From Alphaproteobacteria bacterium (GTDB taxonomy: Bacteria > Pseudomonadota > Alphaproteobacteria > Rs-D84), in NCBI GenBank assembly GCA_017522445.1, contig JAFWZK010000045.1:1-55392 (forward strand): a stretch of DNA of 55,392 bases, in the 5' to 3' direction. Of this stretch, positions 36,873 through 44,877 are shown in pieces (the first letter of the stretch is position 1; every line of letters starts with the position of its first letter). Position numbers and translations under genes: made by a program. The notes beneath the pieces are model-generated. The model saw only the letters and a list, made by a program, of their open reading frames with translations. It was not told the origin of the DNA and ran no database searches.

Positions 36873-37850
36873 TTATTTTTTGGGTTTGCTGGATTTGACT
36901 GTTTCCCATAGGGCAAGTTTTTGTTTACTGATTTCGTATCCACGGACAATATTTCCCAGAAAGTTTTCCAATTCCATCAGCAGTTCAGCATGGTGTTTCT
37001 TGCGCCGGAAGAATGTAAATTTTTCTATACGTGTGGGGCGCAGGAATCTGTCTGATGTGTTTATTTTTGCATATTCTGGGAACAGTGTGTTTATTCGTTC
37101 TATCTCTATTGTGTATCGTCTGATGCCCAGAAAGAAGTCGTATGGGTTGTCGGGTGGGTAAAAGTAAACCTTGGATGAGAATACTCTTTCAATTGCTTGT
37201 TGACCATGATCGTGGACAATTGCGGCCGACAGAATAATGTCGTCACATATTGGTCCCTTGTCCAAATACAGGTCTTTGATTGTTTGTGTTGGTATTCCCT
37301 TAAGGTGTGCCTTGATATTGTATTTCTTAAGTAGATCTTTGGTATCCCTTAGCATAAAAAGACGACCGTGAAAGCAACCACGATTTGGCAACAGATAGCG
37401 CATATCGTAATAGTCTTTCATTATTCGCAGGAAATTGTTTGTTTTTTTGTTGAAGATTGGCAGAACTTTTGCACAGACCACACGCAGCTTTTTATTCTTT
37501 TGCATCCGTGTGTATAGTTCTTTTATCGCTTTTTTGTCTATGATGATATCTGCATCGCAGAATAGCAGGTACCCATTAAGCTTTCTGTTGGTTCCTATTT
37601 TTTGTTCCGCAATCAGCTTGCCAGGCTTGGATTTGATAATGCTAAGGTTTAGTTCCTTGCAAAGTTTTATGTTGTCTTTTGCTTGGATGACTTTTTTTGT
37701 GTTGTCAGTCGTTCCATTAAGGCACACAATTGTTTCAATCTTAATTTTGGGGTCTAGTTCCCTTGTCGCCTGATTTATTGCGTGCAAGGTGGCGATAATT
37801 GTAGATTCTTCATTTTTTACTGGAATACCGATGGTTATCGCTGGTATCAT
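36873..37850 (-). CDS. Glycosyltransferase family 2
   Basis: ITIGIPVKNEESTIIATLHAI.., and DxD in LLFCDADIIIDKKAI. Confidence 0.75.
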   Translation of the reverse strand: MIPAITIGIPVKNEESTIIATLHAINQATRELDPKIKIETIVCLNGTTDNTKKVIQAKDNIKLCKELNLSIIKSKPGKLIAEQKIGTNRKLNGYLLFCDADIIIDKKAIKELYTRMQKNKKLRVVCAKVLPIFNKKTNNFLRIMKDYYDMRYLLPNRGCFHGRLFMLRDTKDLLKKYNIKAHLKGIPTQTIKDLYLDKGPICDDIILSAAIVHDHGQQAIERVFSSKVYFYPPDNPYDFFLGIRRYTIEIERINTLFPEYAKINTSDRFLRPTRIEKFTFFRRKKHHAELLMELENFLGNIVRGYEISKQKLALWETVKSSKPKK

Positions 37851-37878
37851 TCTTTTGCCTGGGGTTAAAGGATGTATT

Positions 37879-38499
37879 ATGATTATAGACGATATAATGG
37901 AATATGCAAGTCATTATGATTTGTTGATTTTTGATATCAATGGTGTTTTGGATAATAACCACAATGCAAAGGTGGAGGTCTTGTCCGCTGCTTTCCCACA
38001 GCTCTCTGATCTAGAGATTTCTAAGGTCAATGTAGCGATGGAACGTGCGTATGAAAAAAGCAAATCCAGTTCGACTGCATCGCATATCGCAGATGCTTTG
38101 TTAGACAATGGCATTTCAATAGAATCTGCAAAAGCAGAGGAATTGTCGGCTGCCTATTACGATCTTAATCGTGTAAATCCTGAAATTATTGAAATGTTGA
38201 ATTCGTTGGCCCAAACGAAAAGGGTTTGTCTGTATACGTCGCTGTCTAAGGCAAAGGTGGATTACATCACCAGCAAGGGGACCCTGTCGGATGATGTTTT
38301 GGTTTTCTCTCGTGATGTTCAGTTGGAATCTAAACCATCAATTCGTAATCTTGAAGCGATACTTGAGCAAACTGGGGTGTCGGCTGATCGGGCGGTCTTG
38401 TTTGGGGATAATGTTGCAGTTGATATTATGCCGGCTAATTTGTTGGGTATTAAGGCCGTTTTGGTTACCAACTATGTAGATTCTTTCATCAGGTTGTGA
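37879..38499 (+). CDS. HAD-superfamily hydrolase-like protein (motif I variant D-x-N)
   Basis: DLLIFDINGVLDNN is motif I with the second Asp replaced by Asn. SLSKA is present, and motif IV is VLFGDNVAVDIMPANLLGIKAVLV. ATG 37879 has RBS aaagga. Confidence 0.65.
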   Translation: MIIDDIMEYASHYDLLIFDINGVLDNNHNAKVEVLSAAFPQLSDLEISKVNVAMERAYEKSKSSSTASHIADALLDNGISIESAKAEELSAAYYDLNRVNPEIIEMLNSLAQTKRVCLYTSLSKAKVDYITSKGTLSDDVLVFSRDVQLESKPSIRNLEAILEQTGVSADRAVLFGDNVAVDIMPANLLGIKAVLVTNYVDSFIRL

Positions 38500-39296
38500 A
38501 TAAACCTTGATACTGAGGCAATGTTGCCTCTGATGTAGTATGCCGGCACTTTGTCGGCTATTTTTTTGATGTCTGTCAGTCGTTGGTTCATGATGCCGTT
38601 TGTGTCCAGACTGTTTCTTGTTTCGGTGAAATCGTTGAATAAGAAATTTAGGCCACGGATATCTCGGCTGGATTCTTCGTATAGGTGCCAGAATAATTTT
38701 AGTGTGTCGTATTTATGTGCGGTTATCTCTGGTTCGTTTGTGATAATGGGAAACAGAATAAGCGATATTTTTGCTGCTTTTTTGGTTGTCCGGTGGTGAA
38801 TACTGGCCTTATCAGTTTTTAGGTTGTCCTTGGATATCGGGCAACCGGCAACAATTGTATGTTTTTTGCCATCTATGATAAATTTTTCATCGGCCAGAAA
38901 TTGGTATTTTGGTGAATTTTGCAGAGCAATAGCAAGACTTGTTTTGCCGAGTCCGGACATTCCTCCAATTAGCAAGATGCCCTTTGTGCCATATCCTATT
39001 GCTGCGCCGTGTATTTGATATAGTCTGCTTTCTTGTCTTTTTTGTTCCAGCAGTGTCCCAATGATCACAATTGTTGACCTGATATCTTGTTCTGAGCCGG
39101 TAATAGTGATGTTGTTATCAATCCATTTGAATTTTTTGCCGGTGGCAATAATCAGTTCCGGTTTGCTTTTTGTTTCAGTAATGCTTACTGCTGGTATGTA
39201 TTCGGCCCAGAAATAGTAATCGTGCCATTGTTCAAACAGCTCGTTTGGTAACTCACATATGATTGATTGTTTAAGAGACTGGATTTTTATTTGCAT
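38472..39296 (-). CDS. HPr-kinase-related P-loop protein
   Basis: GILLIGGMSGLGKTSLAIAL resembles the HprK C-terminal P-loop (G-x-S-G-x-GKS/T). The start ATG 39296 overlaps the upstream gene by 10 nt. Confidence 0.5.
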   Translation of the reverse strand: MQIKIQSLKQSIICELPNELFEQWHDYYFWAEYIPAVSITETKSKPELIIATGKKFKWIDNNITITGSEQDIRSTIVIIGTLLEQKRQESRLYQIHGAAIGYGTKGILLIGGMSGLGKTSLAIALQNSPKYQFLADEKFIIDGKKHTIVAGCPISKDNLKTDKASIHHRTTKKAAKISLILFPIITNEPEITAHKYDTLKLFWHLYEESSRDIRGLNFLFNDFTETRNSLDTNGIMNQRLTDIKKIADKVPAYYIRGNIASVSRFIHNLMKEST

Positions 39297-40363
39297 GATA
39301 TTTCTTTGTAAAATGCCAACAGTTTGTTTGTCTGGTTCTCTATGTTCCATTGGCTGGTTGCATCGTTTTGTGCCTTTTTTGCCAATTTATTTCTTAATTC
39401 ATCGTTGTTTATCAGTAATGATATTGCTTGGGCCAATGAACTTGGGTCAGACGGTGGAACCAGTATAGTGTTATCCATATGTTTGGCAAAGTCCACCATA
39501 CCAGCGCAATCTGCTGTGATTATTGCGCAGCCGCAGATTGCTGCCTCAAGCATTGTTGTCAGAACTCCCTCTTTGGCACTAGATGGGCAGGCAAATATCT
39601 TGGCTCTGTTGTAAATCTCTACTAGTTTCTCTGTTTCTAGGTTTTTTAGATGCGTAACGTGATTATGTTTTGCCAGTTCTTCTTCCAGTGGTCCGGCCCC
39701 AACAACAACTAATTTCAGGTTCAGTTGTTTCGTGGCTTGTAATAGCTCTATAATTCCTTTGTGTGGGTATAATCGTCCGACAAATAATACGTCAATATCT
39801 CTGTTTTGGTTGGTGTTCCTAAATATGCTTGTGTCTATGCCGTTGTGGATAACTGATATTTCTTTCCGGATAGACTTTACGTTTTGTTGCCATCCATCTT
39901 TTACGCTTTCGGATACTGCCAGTAATCCGGATGCGTTGTATAGTGCAAGTTCCATAAGATGGTCAAATTTTGTTGGTGTTCCATGCAGATGGATTACTGT
40001 TTTGTATCTGCTAGGGACAAATAATGCATCTGTTTTGTTGTGTATTACGACTAAATCGTATTGTTCGGTGTTGTCTTTATAAAAGTGTTCTGCTGCATAT
40101 CGTCCAAATTGTAATGATTCCAGGTCGATATCTATCCAGGTGTCGCCGGTCTTGTGAATTTGTTCAAGTGGCAATTCAACAAGCTTTATCTTTGGATTGT
40201 TTTCTAGGAATTCGTCAAATATCTTGGAATGGTGGCCAGTGTCTGCTGTTAGAATTGTTACATTATGGCCTTGTCTTAGGATTTCCGAACACTGATTCAG
40301 GGCAACTACCTCGGCACCGCCGATGTAATGCCCTAAACGATAATAGTGAATCAGTATGTTCAT
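39287..40363 (-). CDS. Glycosyltransferase family 4 (GT-B)
   Basis: IGGAEVVALNQ at the N-terminus. The C-terminal region has EGVLTTMLEAAICGCAIITAD (E-x7-E region). Confidence 0.8.
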   Translation of the reverse strand: MNILIHYYRLGHYIGGAEVVALNQCSEILRQGHNVTILTADTGHHSKIFDEFLENNPKIKLVELPLEQIHKTGDTWIDIDLESLQFGRYAAEHFYKDNTEQYDLVVIHNKTDALFVPSRYKTVIHLHGTPTKFDHLMELALYNASGLLAVSESVKDGWQQNVKSIRKEISVIHNGIDTSIFRNTNQNRDIDVLFVGRLYPHKGIIELLQATKQLNLKLVVVGAGPLEEELAKHNHVTHLKNLETEKLVEIYNRAKIFACPSSAKEGVLTTMLEAAICGCAIITADCAGMVDFAKHMDNTILVPPSDPSSLAQAISLLINNDELRNKLAKKAQNDATSQWNIENQTNKLLAFYKEISCK

Positions 40364-40365
40364 GC

Positions 40366-40836
40366 TTATGCGATCTTTCTTACTGCTGGCATAACGTGTT
40401 TTTCGAAATATTCACGCTGGTCTGGGAATCCAATTACTTTTTCATCAACCAGTGCCTCGGAATCCAACCATACAACCTTTACATTGTCTTCACGGACTTC
40501 GCAGAATTCTAGAACTGTATCGCTTGGGACTTTTGCTACGAAGAAAATGTGGGCTTCATTGTATGCACCACGCTTTTCTACTCTGTGTTCCGCTACTTTG
40601 AATCTGTATGGTTCTGCCATTTGTTCTGCTAATTCAACCATGAATTCAGATGATTTACCCAATTCTTCATTTAATTCACGTCTTAATGCTGCCTCTGCAG
40701 TTGTTTCGCCATCATCAAAACGGCCACCGATTGTTCCATATGCACCTGGTGCGTATTCCAAAATAGCAATTTGTTTTTTGCCGTCCTGAATGCGAACAGG
40801 GATGATGTATGCTGCATAGCTTACTTCTTTAATCAT
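40366..40836 (-). CDS. Nudix hydrolase
   Basis: The Nudix box is GGRFDDGETTAEAALRRELNEELG. Confidence 0.85.
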   Translation of the reverse strand: MIKEVSYAAYIIPVRIQDGKKQIAILEYAPGAYGTIGGRFDDGETTAEAALRRELNEELGKSSEFMVELAEQMAEPYRFKVAEHRVEKRGAYNEAHIFFVAKVPSDTVLEFCEVREDNVKVVWLDSEALVDEKVIGFPDQREYFEKHVMPAVRKIA

Positions 40837-41330
40837 TTTTTTCTCCTTGTGTTGTATAGCATTTCCATATCTGTTATTGCCTTTTTAGACTTTAGCACAG
40901 ACTCAAAGGAATATAAAGCCTTTTCATATTCTTCGTTGTCATCTGGTGCATGTATCAGATTACCTGGGGCATATTTATCCCATGGCGAGCAATATTTGTT
41001 TCTAATGTGTCTTTTGATTGTTGGTCCCTTTGCCAGCGCATCATATCCCTCAACAACGACCAGGAGATGTTCTAGGCCTTGGCGGTCTTTTCCTAGTTGG
41101 TAGTCTAGGGTCATGTCTTTCCAATCTGTGGTCATTTCGCTTTTGAAATTTGGGTCCAGGACAGGTTGGTATCCTATTAGCATATCGTAAGTCATTACAA
41201 ACTTGGCAGTTGCCAATACCGATAGGTCGTTGGCTTTGAGTTGTTTGTAGAATTCTATTTTAGCGAGCAAGGTCCTAAGGCTCAACTGTAGAGCATCAGG
41301 TTTTAATAAAAAAAGTGTCTTTTCTGACAT
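40833..41330 (-). CDS. Nucleoside-diphosphate-kinase-like protein (divergent)
   Basis: EKTLFLLKPDAL corresponds to the NDK N-terminus ERTFSIIKPDAV. LLVVVEGYDALAK corresponds to IVVSVLEGENAV. NLIHAPDDNEEYEKALYSF corresponds to N-x-x-HGSDS..E.A.REI..FF, and the catalytic-position His is retained. Confidence 0.55.
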   Translation of the reverse strand: MSEKTLFLLKPDALQLSLRTLLAKIEFYKQLKANDLSVLATAKFVMTYDMLIGYQPVLDPNFKSEMTTDWKDMTLDYQLGKDRQGLEHLLVVVEGYDALAKGPTIKRHIRNKYCSPWDKYAPGNLIHAPDDNEEYEKALYSFESVLKSKKAITDMEMLYNTRRKK

Positions 41331-41443
41331 TTGCGTTTCTTTTTAGAATAGCAACAATTTTTTATTTGTCAATTTTTTTGTATAAATAATTGCAAGTGGG
41401 AATTTTTCTTATTAAAATTGTATTACTAGCTAGGGGTAAAATA

Positions 41444-42538
41444 ATGAAGGTTGCGATTTTTTGTGATTATTTACATTCGTTTGGTGGTACTGAATACTAT
41501 AATGCCACTTTGGCGATGGAGTTGAAAAAGCGTGGCATTGATGTTCGGGTGTTTATCTGTGAAAAAACTCAGAACTCTTACTGGATTGATAGGTTGGCTG
41601 ATTGTGGAATAAAGACATATGAACCGGCACGAAATCGTATAGACAGGGACGATCGTAGTGTAGATTATGAATTTGTAGATTCTTTTATTGATGAGTTTGT
41701 TTCGTGGTCGCCAGATGTTATACACGCCAGTCCTGCAGCCAATTTACTAAAAGCTTTCTTGGCTCATAAAAAAGCACCAAAGGTTCCAATTGTTGCTACT
41801 GAGCATACCACACCATGTGCTGATTCTGCATTTTGGTATCCGGATGATTTCAAGAAACTGCTATCTAATGTAAGTTGTTTTGTTGCTACGTGCAGGACAT
41901 CTGCTAAGGGTATAAAGGATTTTCATGGCTATTCTGGGCCTGTCAAAATTGTTCCGCATTTTATTCGCCCCCCAGTTCATAAGAAAGCGACCAGAATACC
42001 TTATTCAGTTGGTTGTATAGCAAGAATGTCGCCAGAAAAGGGGATTGGTGTTTTGCTTGTTGCCTGGAAGATGGTAGTTGCGGCGATTCCGGCAGCAAAA
42101 CTATATTTATATGGTGATGGCCGTGTAAAGTCCTATTTTGAACGTCTGGCATTTTCTTTAGGCTTGCAAAATAGTGTTGTTTTTGCTGGCACATACGACC
42201 CTCGGGATGGTGCTGGTGCTATTGCTGGTAGACACGATATTTTTGTGCAGCCGTCATTGTTTGAGAGTATTCCGACATCTCTTATTGAGCTTGGTATGCT
42301 TGGAAAGCCTATTGTGGCCACAAACGTTGGCGGTATAAGAGAGTTGGTACGTCGAGACACGGGTATCTTGGTTCAGAGTGGTTCGACTGATAAACTTGCC
42401 AGGGCTATAGTGAAGCTATTGTCATCTAAGGAGTTGCAGAAAGCTTTTGCGGCCAATATTCAGAAATCTGTTGGTAATAGGTATGATCTGGATAAAGCGG
42501 TTAATACAATCATTGGTGTGTATAGGTCTGTTATATGA
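41444..42538 (+). CDS. Glycosyltransferase family 4 (GT-B)
   Basis: MKVAIFCDYLHSFGGTEYY.. and the C-terminal FVQPSLFESIPTSLIELGMLGKPIVATNVGGIRELV. Confidence 0.8.
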   Translation: MKVAIFCDYLHSFGGTEYYNATLAMELKKRGIDVRVFICEKTQNSYWIDRLADCGIKTYEPARNRIDRDDRSVDYEFVDSFIDEFVSWSPDVIHASPAANLLKAFLAHKKAPKVPIVATEHTTPCADSAFWYPDDFKKLLSNVSCFVATCRTSAKGIKDFHGYSGPVKIVPHFIRPPVHKKATRIPYSVGCIARMSPEKGIGVLLVAWKMVVAAIPAAKLYLYGDGRVKSYFERLAFSLGLQNSVVFAGTYDPRDGAGAIAGRHDIFVQPSLFESIPTSLIELGMLGKPIVATNVGGIRELVRRDTGILVQSGSTDKLARAIVKLLSSKELQKAFAANIQKSVGNRYDLDKAVNTIIGVYRSVI

Positions 42539-43710
42539 AAAGCGTAATTTATGCATCAGACGGTTATAGAAAATTTTTCAACAGGTCTGTTGAAAAAGTT
42601 CATTTTTTGGATGAACTAAATGTTCATAGTTTGTCCGATTGCACCATTGTAATCGATCCGGACCATAAGTTTGGTGTTTTTGATTCTGCCGGTATGTTTG
42701 TTCCCAGCTCTGGGCAAAAGCGGAATAAGGTTATTCAAACGCCTCCTGTCTTTATGACTGCTAATGATTATTTGGATGTTGAGGCAGTATATTTAGGAAC
42801 TCTGGAGGATCATTTTGGACATTTCCTGTTAGAGCACACAACCAGGTTATATGCTTTACTAAGGCAACGTTATCAGGGAAAGAAATATATTCTTGTCAAC
42901 AATCGTAATTTACCTGGTGTATCTGGCTTTGTCTATCAGTTGTTTGCGTTGTTGGGGATTGATCGGAATGATGTTATTGTTGTGTCATCATCGGTTGGCA
43001 TTCGCAAATTGTATGTCCCAGAGGTGGCATTTGAGATACCAAATACTTCGTCCAAGGCTTTTGGAAAGATATTTGATGCTGCTGCCAGCGCAATCACATC
43101 TGATATTAGGCATGACAAGGTGTATGTTTCTAGGTTGAAATTAGGAGACAGGGCCACATATGGCGAAGAACAGATTCAGCAAATATTTGCCTCTAATGGT
43201 TTTGCTGTTATTTATCCGGAGTGCTTGTCCTTTGACGAACAGGTTGCGTATATGCGACATTGTAAGTGTTTGGCTGGTATAGCTGGTTCTGCGTTGCATT
43301 TGTCTTTGTTTATGCCGTCTGGGGGTACGGTTGTTCAGATAAAAAGGAATAAACCATATCGGGATAATAGCGATACTCAGTATCTATTGTGTGCAACAAA
43401 GGGCTGTGACTTTGTCCTGGTTGATTGTGCTTTGGAGAGGCTGCCAACTCATCATTGGTCGGAATTTCCGCAAATCGTTGGACCAACCAAGTACTTGAAG
43501 CAATTTTGTGCGGATTGTGGTTTTGTTATTTCTGGGGCAGATATGGTTCCTGGTACTCAATATAAAAAAGCATATCGTGCTGCCTTTCGTTCTAAGGGTG
43601 GGTTTGTTAGATATCAACTTAAGCGGATGCTGGTGTATGTAGTTCCAAGGTTGATCCCATGTGCTACGAAAAAGACTTCGGTGCGTAGATGGCTAAACAA
43701 GCACATATAA
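42535..43710 (+). CDS. DUF563/GT61-like glycosyltransferase
   Basis: EDHFGHFLLEHTTRLYAL and GIAGSALHLSLFMPSGGTVVQI resemble the DUF563 pattern. It overlaps the upstream stop by 4 nt. Confidence 0.5.
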   Translation: MKSVIYASDGYRKFFNRSVEKVHFLDELNVHSLSDCTIVIDPDHKFGVFDSAGMFVPSSGQKRNKVIQTPPVFMTANDYLDVEAVYLGTLEDHFGHFLLEHTTRLYALLRQRYQGKKYILVNNRNLPGVSGFVYQLFALLGIDRNDVIVVSSSVGIRKLYVPEVAFEIPNTSSKAFGKIFDAAASAITSDIRHDKVYVSRLKLGDRATYGEEQIQQIFASNGFAVIYPECLSFDEQVAYMRHCKCLAGIAGSALHLSLFMPSGGTVVQIKRNKPYRDNSDTQYLLCATKGCDFVLVDCALERLPTHHWSEFPQIVGPTKYLKQFCADCGFVISGADMVPGTQYKKAYRAAFRSKGGFVRYQLKRMLVYVVPRLIPCATKKTSVRRWLNKHI

Positions 43711-43769
43711 TTTTTTTGTGTCTATAAAATAAAATGTTTTTATTTTTTACTTCGATTTTACTTTGTTTA

Positions 43770-43797
43770 TTGCCTTTTTTGTGTATTTGTGTATAAT
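43770..43797 (+). promoter_or_regulatory. Sigma70-type promoter of leader RNA A and the Hsp70-like operon
   Basis: TTGCCT (43770-75), 16-nt spacer, TATAAT (43792-97). Confidence 0.6.
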
Positions 43798-43803
43798 GAG
43801 ATT

Positions 43804-44036
43804 TGAATCCATAGGGATATGGGTTCGGGGGCTTTTGCACGCCCATGTCATTCGGTGTAAGACGGCAGCATCGCTATTCCGATATCGTTCCTGTGGTTTT
43901 GCATCGTCATTTATCCCTGACTGTATTACAGTCGGGGGGCTGTCCGCCATACAATAGGGGATATCCTGAAAGCGGATGGGATCACTAATGACATGATTTG
44001 CAAACTCCCCGACCGCCTGCATTCCTGCGGCGGTTG
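43804..44036 (+). ncRNA. Structured leader/ncRNA element, copy A (unknown class)
   Basis: It shares six ordered conserved blocks with copy B: TTGAATCCA, TGGGTTCGGG, ATTCGGTG, ATCCCTGA, GTCGGGG and CCCCGACCGCC. Hairpins are GAATCCA/TGGGTTC, GGGC/GCCC and CCCTGACTG/CAGTCGGGG, plus a terminal hairpin CCGCC..GCGGCGG. An RBS and ATG follow at 44059. Confidence 0.5.
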
Positions 44037-44058
44037 ATCTATTGAAAGGAGTCAATGC

Positions 44059-44313
44059 ATGCGTATCACTATCTATCATACTGGACCTGTCGATTTTATA
44101 AGTAGGGTTTTAATTATTTTCGGAGCACCAGTTCTTGGTTTTATTTCTGGTGGTTACATTGGTTCTTGTATAGCAGAGATGTTTGGTTTTGTGGGTGGCA
44201 ACGCAGAGGCGGTGTTTTGCGTGCTGCTTATAGTTCTTTTTATCGCCCTCTATATTTATCTTGGGGTAAAACTTAAATTATGGCTTGAAAAATTTTTTCA
44301 AGAAAATTTGTAA
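44059..44313 (+). CDS. Small 2-TM membrane protein
   Basis: RBS aaaggag. Two hydrophobic helices: VLIIFGAPVLGFISGGYIGSCI and AVFCVLLIVLFIALYIYLGV. Confidence 0.65.
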   Translation: MRITIYHTGPVDFISRVLIIFGAPVLGFISGGYIGSCIAEMFGFVGGNAEAVFCVLLIVLFIALYIYLGVKLKLWLEKFFQENL

Positions 44314-44331
44314 TCAGATGGAGAATGGTCA

Positions 44332-44877
44332 ATGAGTGAGCAAAACTTGGATTTTATCTTGGAATTGTATAATGCACCTAAGTTGTTTAAGAAGCTTTTG
44401 GGGCATTTGTCCCCTGATGAACAGAAACGTTACATGGGGCAAATCAATTGGTTTGTAAAAAAATGTAACGATTTTATCACTAAGTCTGGCTATTCGTTTA
44501 TTGTACCAGAGGGTGTTTATGATGTTGGGATTGCAGCAACGCCATTGAATTTGTCTGATTTTGATAAAGATGAGGAGCTCTTAATTGATCAGGTTATTGA
44601 GCCAATCGTTATGTTTCAGGGCAAGGTTGTAAAGTCTGGTGTTGTTTTGTTGAAATCTGCAAAGGAACCAGAGCCGGTTGTTGAGGTTGTTGAACCTCAG
44701 GTTACGGTTTCTGCCGATATTCAGGAGGAGAATGTAGTAGATACAGAAGCGGTGGTTGTTGACCCAAGTATTGAATTTGTTGAAATTGATTTTTCTAATG
44801 CAGAGGTTGTTACCTTGGATGATGTGTTAGCAGAAACAAAAAATAATGAAAATAATGAACCAAAAGGCGATGCATAA
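44332..44877 (+). CDS. GrpE-like nucleotide-exchange-factor candidate with an acidic tail
   Basis: SGYSFIVPEGVYDVGIAATPLNLSDFDKDEELLIDQVIEPIVMFQGKVVKSGVVLLKS is colinear with the GrpE C-terminal beta-domain pattern (G-V-x-x-I..G..FDP..H.A......V..V.q.GY...gr.iR.A.V.V.K). RBS ggaga. The stop overlaps the Hsp70 start (TAATG). Confidence 0.45.
   Translation: MSEQNLDFILELYNAPKLFKKLLGHLSPDEQKRYMGQINWFVKKCNDFITKSGYSFIVPEGVYDVGIAATPLNLSDFDKDEELLIDQVIEPIVMFQGKVVKSGVVLLKSAKEPEPVVEVVEPQVTVSADIQEENVVDTEAVVVDPSIEFVEIDFSNAEVVTLDDVLAETKNNENNEPKGDA

Noticed and set aside
40024-40789. Plus-strand ORFs 40024..40512 and 40346..40789 opposite the GT4 and Nudix genes
   Set aside because: They are antisense to genes with clear family motifs (Nudix box, GT4 E-x7-E region), and the products are low-complexity.
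43803-43830. tRNA-like T-arm in the RNA elements (GAATCC ... GGGTTCGGG)
   Set aside because: The order of the halves is reversed relative to a T arm, and no acceptor or anticodon arms can be drawn. It is a simple hairpin of the leader RNA.
43747-44079. 110-aa minus-strand ORF and 64-aa plus-strand ORF (43763..43957) across RNA element A
   Set aside because: They have no RBS and no family resemblance. The region is conserved with copy B at the nucleotide and structure level, not in any reading frame. Indels between the copies break the frames.
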